Below, piece by piece: positions 30,765-32,000 of a DNA stretch of 32,000 nt (position 1 is the stretch's first letter; the number at the start of each line of letters is the position of its first letter). The notes beneath the pieces are model-generated. The model saw only the letters and a list, made by a program, of their open reading frames with translations, did not search any database and had not been told where the DNA came from. A program made the position numbers and the translations under genes. The stretch comes from Candidatus Saccharimonadota bacterium. GTDB lineage: Bacteria; Patescibacteriota; Saccharimonadia; Saccharimonadales; UBA4665. The stretch is taken from positions 180,001 to 212,000 of the forward strand of contig OY970322.1 in the NCBI GenBank assembly GCA_963716945.1. The letters are read 5' to 3'.

Positions 30765-32000
30765 CTAATGTGCTTGCAGGCGTCTGACGGTCTGCCGTTT
30801 GCGCCGGAATTCGCGCACGGCTTCCACGATGGACTGGCTGGCCGGCAGGGTGGTGACTATCGAAACGTGGCCCTCCAAGGCGGCTTTTCGGGTTTCGTAG
30901 CCGTCCGAGCGGGCGGCCGTCGTGGAATTGGGGATATTAATGATGAGGCCTACCGGGTTGTGCTTGATGAACTGGACGATATTATGCTTTTTGTCCTGGC
31001 TGACTTTGGCGATTGTCCGGCCGGTAGGTACGCCATTGCTTGCTAAAAACGAGGCCGTGCCCTTGGTAGCGACCAGCTCAAAACCCAGTGCCGACAGGTC
31101 TTTGGCTATCGGTAGGATGGACTGTTTGGCGTAATCGGCCACGCTGATGACGATGGTACCGCTGTCCGGGATCGTCAAGCCGCTGGCGGTTTCGGCTTTG
31201 GCGAACGCTTCGGCGAAGTTTTCGCCCAGCCCCATGACCTCGCCGGTGCTTTTCATCTCCGGGCCGAGAACTATGTCGACGTTGCTGAAACGACTGAAGG
31301 CGAAGACCGACTCTTTGACTGCAACCAGACCGTCCAAGTGGCCGGCCGGCCGGATGAGTCCCTGCTTGTCGGTCTTGAAGCCGTAGGCTTTAGCCAATGC
31401 CGTTAAGGATTCGCCGAGCATGACGCGGGTGGCGATTTTGGCAATCGGCACGCCTATGGCCTTGGCCACGAAAGGTACCGTCCGGCTGGCCCGCGGGTTA
31501 GCTTCGATAACGAAAACCTGGCCGTCCTTGATAACGAACTGCATATTTATCAAACCGATTACTTTTAATTCTTCGGCGATGGCCGAGGCGTATTGTATGA
31601 GCGTGGTGATGGTTTCCGGCGATAAGTTTTGCGTCGGCAGGGCGCAGGCGCTGTCGCCGCTGTGGACGCCGGCCCGTTCGACATGTTCCATGATGCCGGC
31701 GATCACGACCCGGCCGCCGCGGTCACGCAAGGCGTCGAGGTCGACTTCGGTGGCATCTTCCAGAAAATGATCCAGCAAGACCGGGCGCTCGGTGCTCAGG
31801 CCGCCCTCTTTGGCCAGCGCGCCGCCGTCCGCCAGCTCCTGGAAAGCCGACTTCAGGCCCGGCTCGTCATGGACGATGCGCATCGCCCGGCCGCCTAACA
31901 CGTAGCTGGGGCGGAGCAGGACCGGATAGCCGGCCCGGCGGGCCGTTTTGATCGCCTTGTCGAGCGTGGTTGCCGTACCGCCGGGGGGCTGAGGTATCGA
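30765..32000 (-). CDS. carB: Carbamoyl-phosphate synthase large subunit, C-terminal ~412 aa (gene continues beyond the window end)
   Basis: PSYVLGGRAMRIV, VIEANPRASRTVPFVAKAIGVPIAKIATRVMLG, and a C-terminal MGS-like allosteric domain. The frame is open to nt 32000. The GTG at 31901 in the ORF track is internal. Confidence 0.93.
   Translation of the reverse strand, partial: SIPQPPGGTATTLDKAIKTARRAGYPVLLRPSYVLGGRAMRIVHDEPGLKSAFQELADGGALAKEGGLSTERPVLLDHFLEDATEVDLDALRDRGGRVVIAGIMEHVERAGVHSGDSACALPTQNLSPETITTLIQYASAIAEELKVIGLINMQFVIKDGQVFVIEANPRASRTVPFVAKAIGVPIAKIATRVMLGESLTALAKAYGFKTDKQGLIRPAGHLDGLVAVKESVFAFSRFSNVDIVLGPEMKSTGEVMGLGENFAEAFAKAETASGLTIPDSGTIVISVADYAKQSILPIAKDLSALGFELVATKGTASFLASNGVPTGRTIAKVSQDKKHNIVQFIKHNPVGLIINIPNSTTAARSDGYETRKAALEGHVSIVTTLPASQSIVEAVREFRRKRQTVRRLQAH

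Noticed and set aside
1-32000. CRISPR arrays, transposases, integrases, phage genes or recognisable defence-system genes.
   Set aside because: I found no regularly spaced direct repeats and no ORF with DDE, tyrosine or serine recombinase, Cas, restriction or abortive-infection hallmarks. The window looks like core chromosome plus one compositional island.
1-32000. An alternative genetic code (UGA recoded), as in some CPR lineages.
   Set aside because: TGA terminates well-supported genes at the expected protein ends (comF 414-416, the hydrolase at 7200-7202, the atypical kinase at 22360-22362). Conserved genes contain no in-frame TGA.

Overview
Gene-dense bacterial chromosomal segment with high GC. 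Hand counts of 60-nt lines in housekeeping genes give about 57-67% G+C. The standard genetic code applies: TGA is a stop at 414-416, 7200-7202 and 22360-22362. I saw no rRNA, CRISPR array, transposase or integrase. The gene content is: ComF, VKOR, DUF1361, archaeal-type PGI/PMI, several shortened enzymes, tiny intergenic spacers and one giant surface protein. This fits a small-genome lineage such as Patescibacteria/CPR (Saccharibacteria-like), but taxonomy cannot be proven from this window. Confident housekeeping calls are valS, tsaD, a MurE-like Mur ligase, groES-groEL, argH, argF, carB (3' part), a HIT protein, YihY/BrkB, PGI/PMI, and four tRNAs: Ser-GCU, Ser-UGA, Ser-CGA and an unusual Arg-GCG. 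The observations most worth follow-up are listed here. (1) A candidate Arg-codon leader-peptide attenuator sits upstream of argH-argF, with mutually exclusive antiterminator and terminator structures. (2) A sigma70-type promoter overlapped by a CIRCE operator drives groESL, and a lower-GC, kinase-domain-only Ser/Thr kinase follows with no terminator. Just upstream is a leaderless two-gene cassette encoding an unknown protein plus a RIO/Bud32/APH-like atypical kinase. (3) A 1376-aa multidomain envelope protein carries a propeller-like region, an SGNH esterase, an Ig-like region, TSP3 repeats and a second membrane module fused in frame. (4) VKOR, a DHOD-like flavoprotein and DoxX form a same-strand cluster. 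(5) An AT-rich membrane-protein gene abuts the 3' end of a tRNA-Ser. (6) Many genes look leaderless, with a -10 box 5-9 nt from the start codon. This includes a 10-bp palindrome that gives both divergent genes tsaD and murE-like a TATACT box. All function calls rest on motifs read by eye, and no database search was run.
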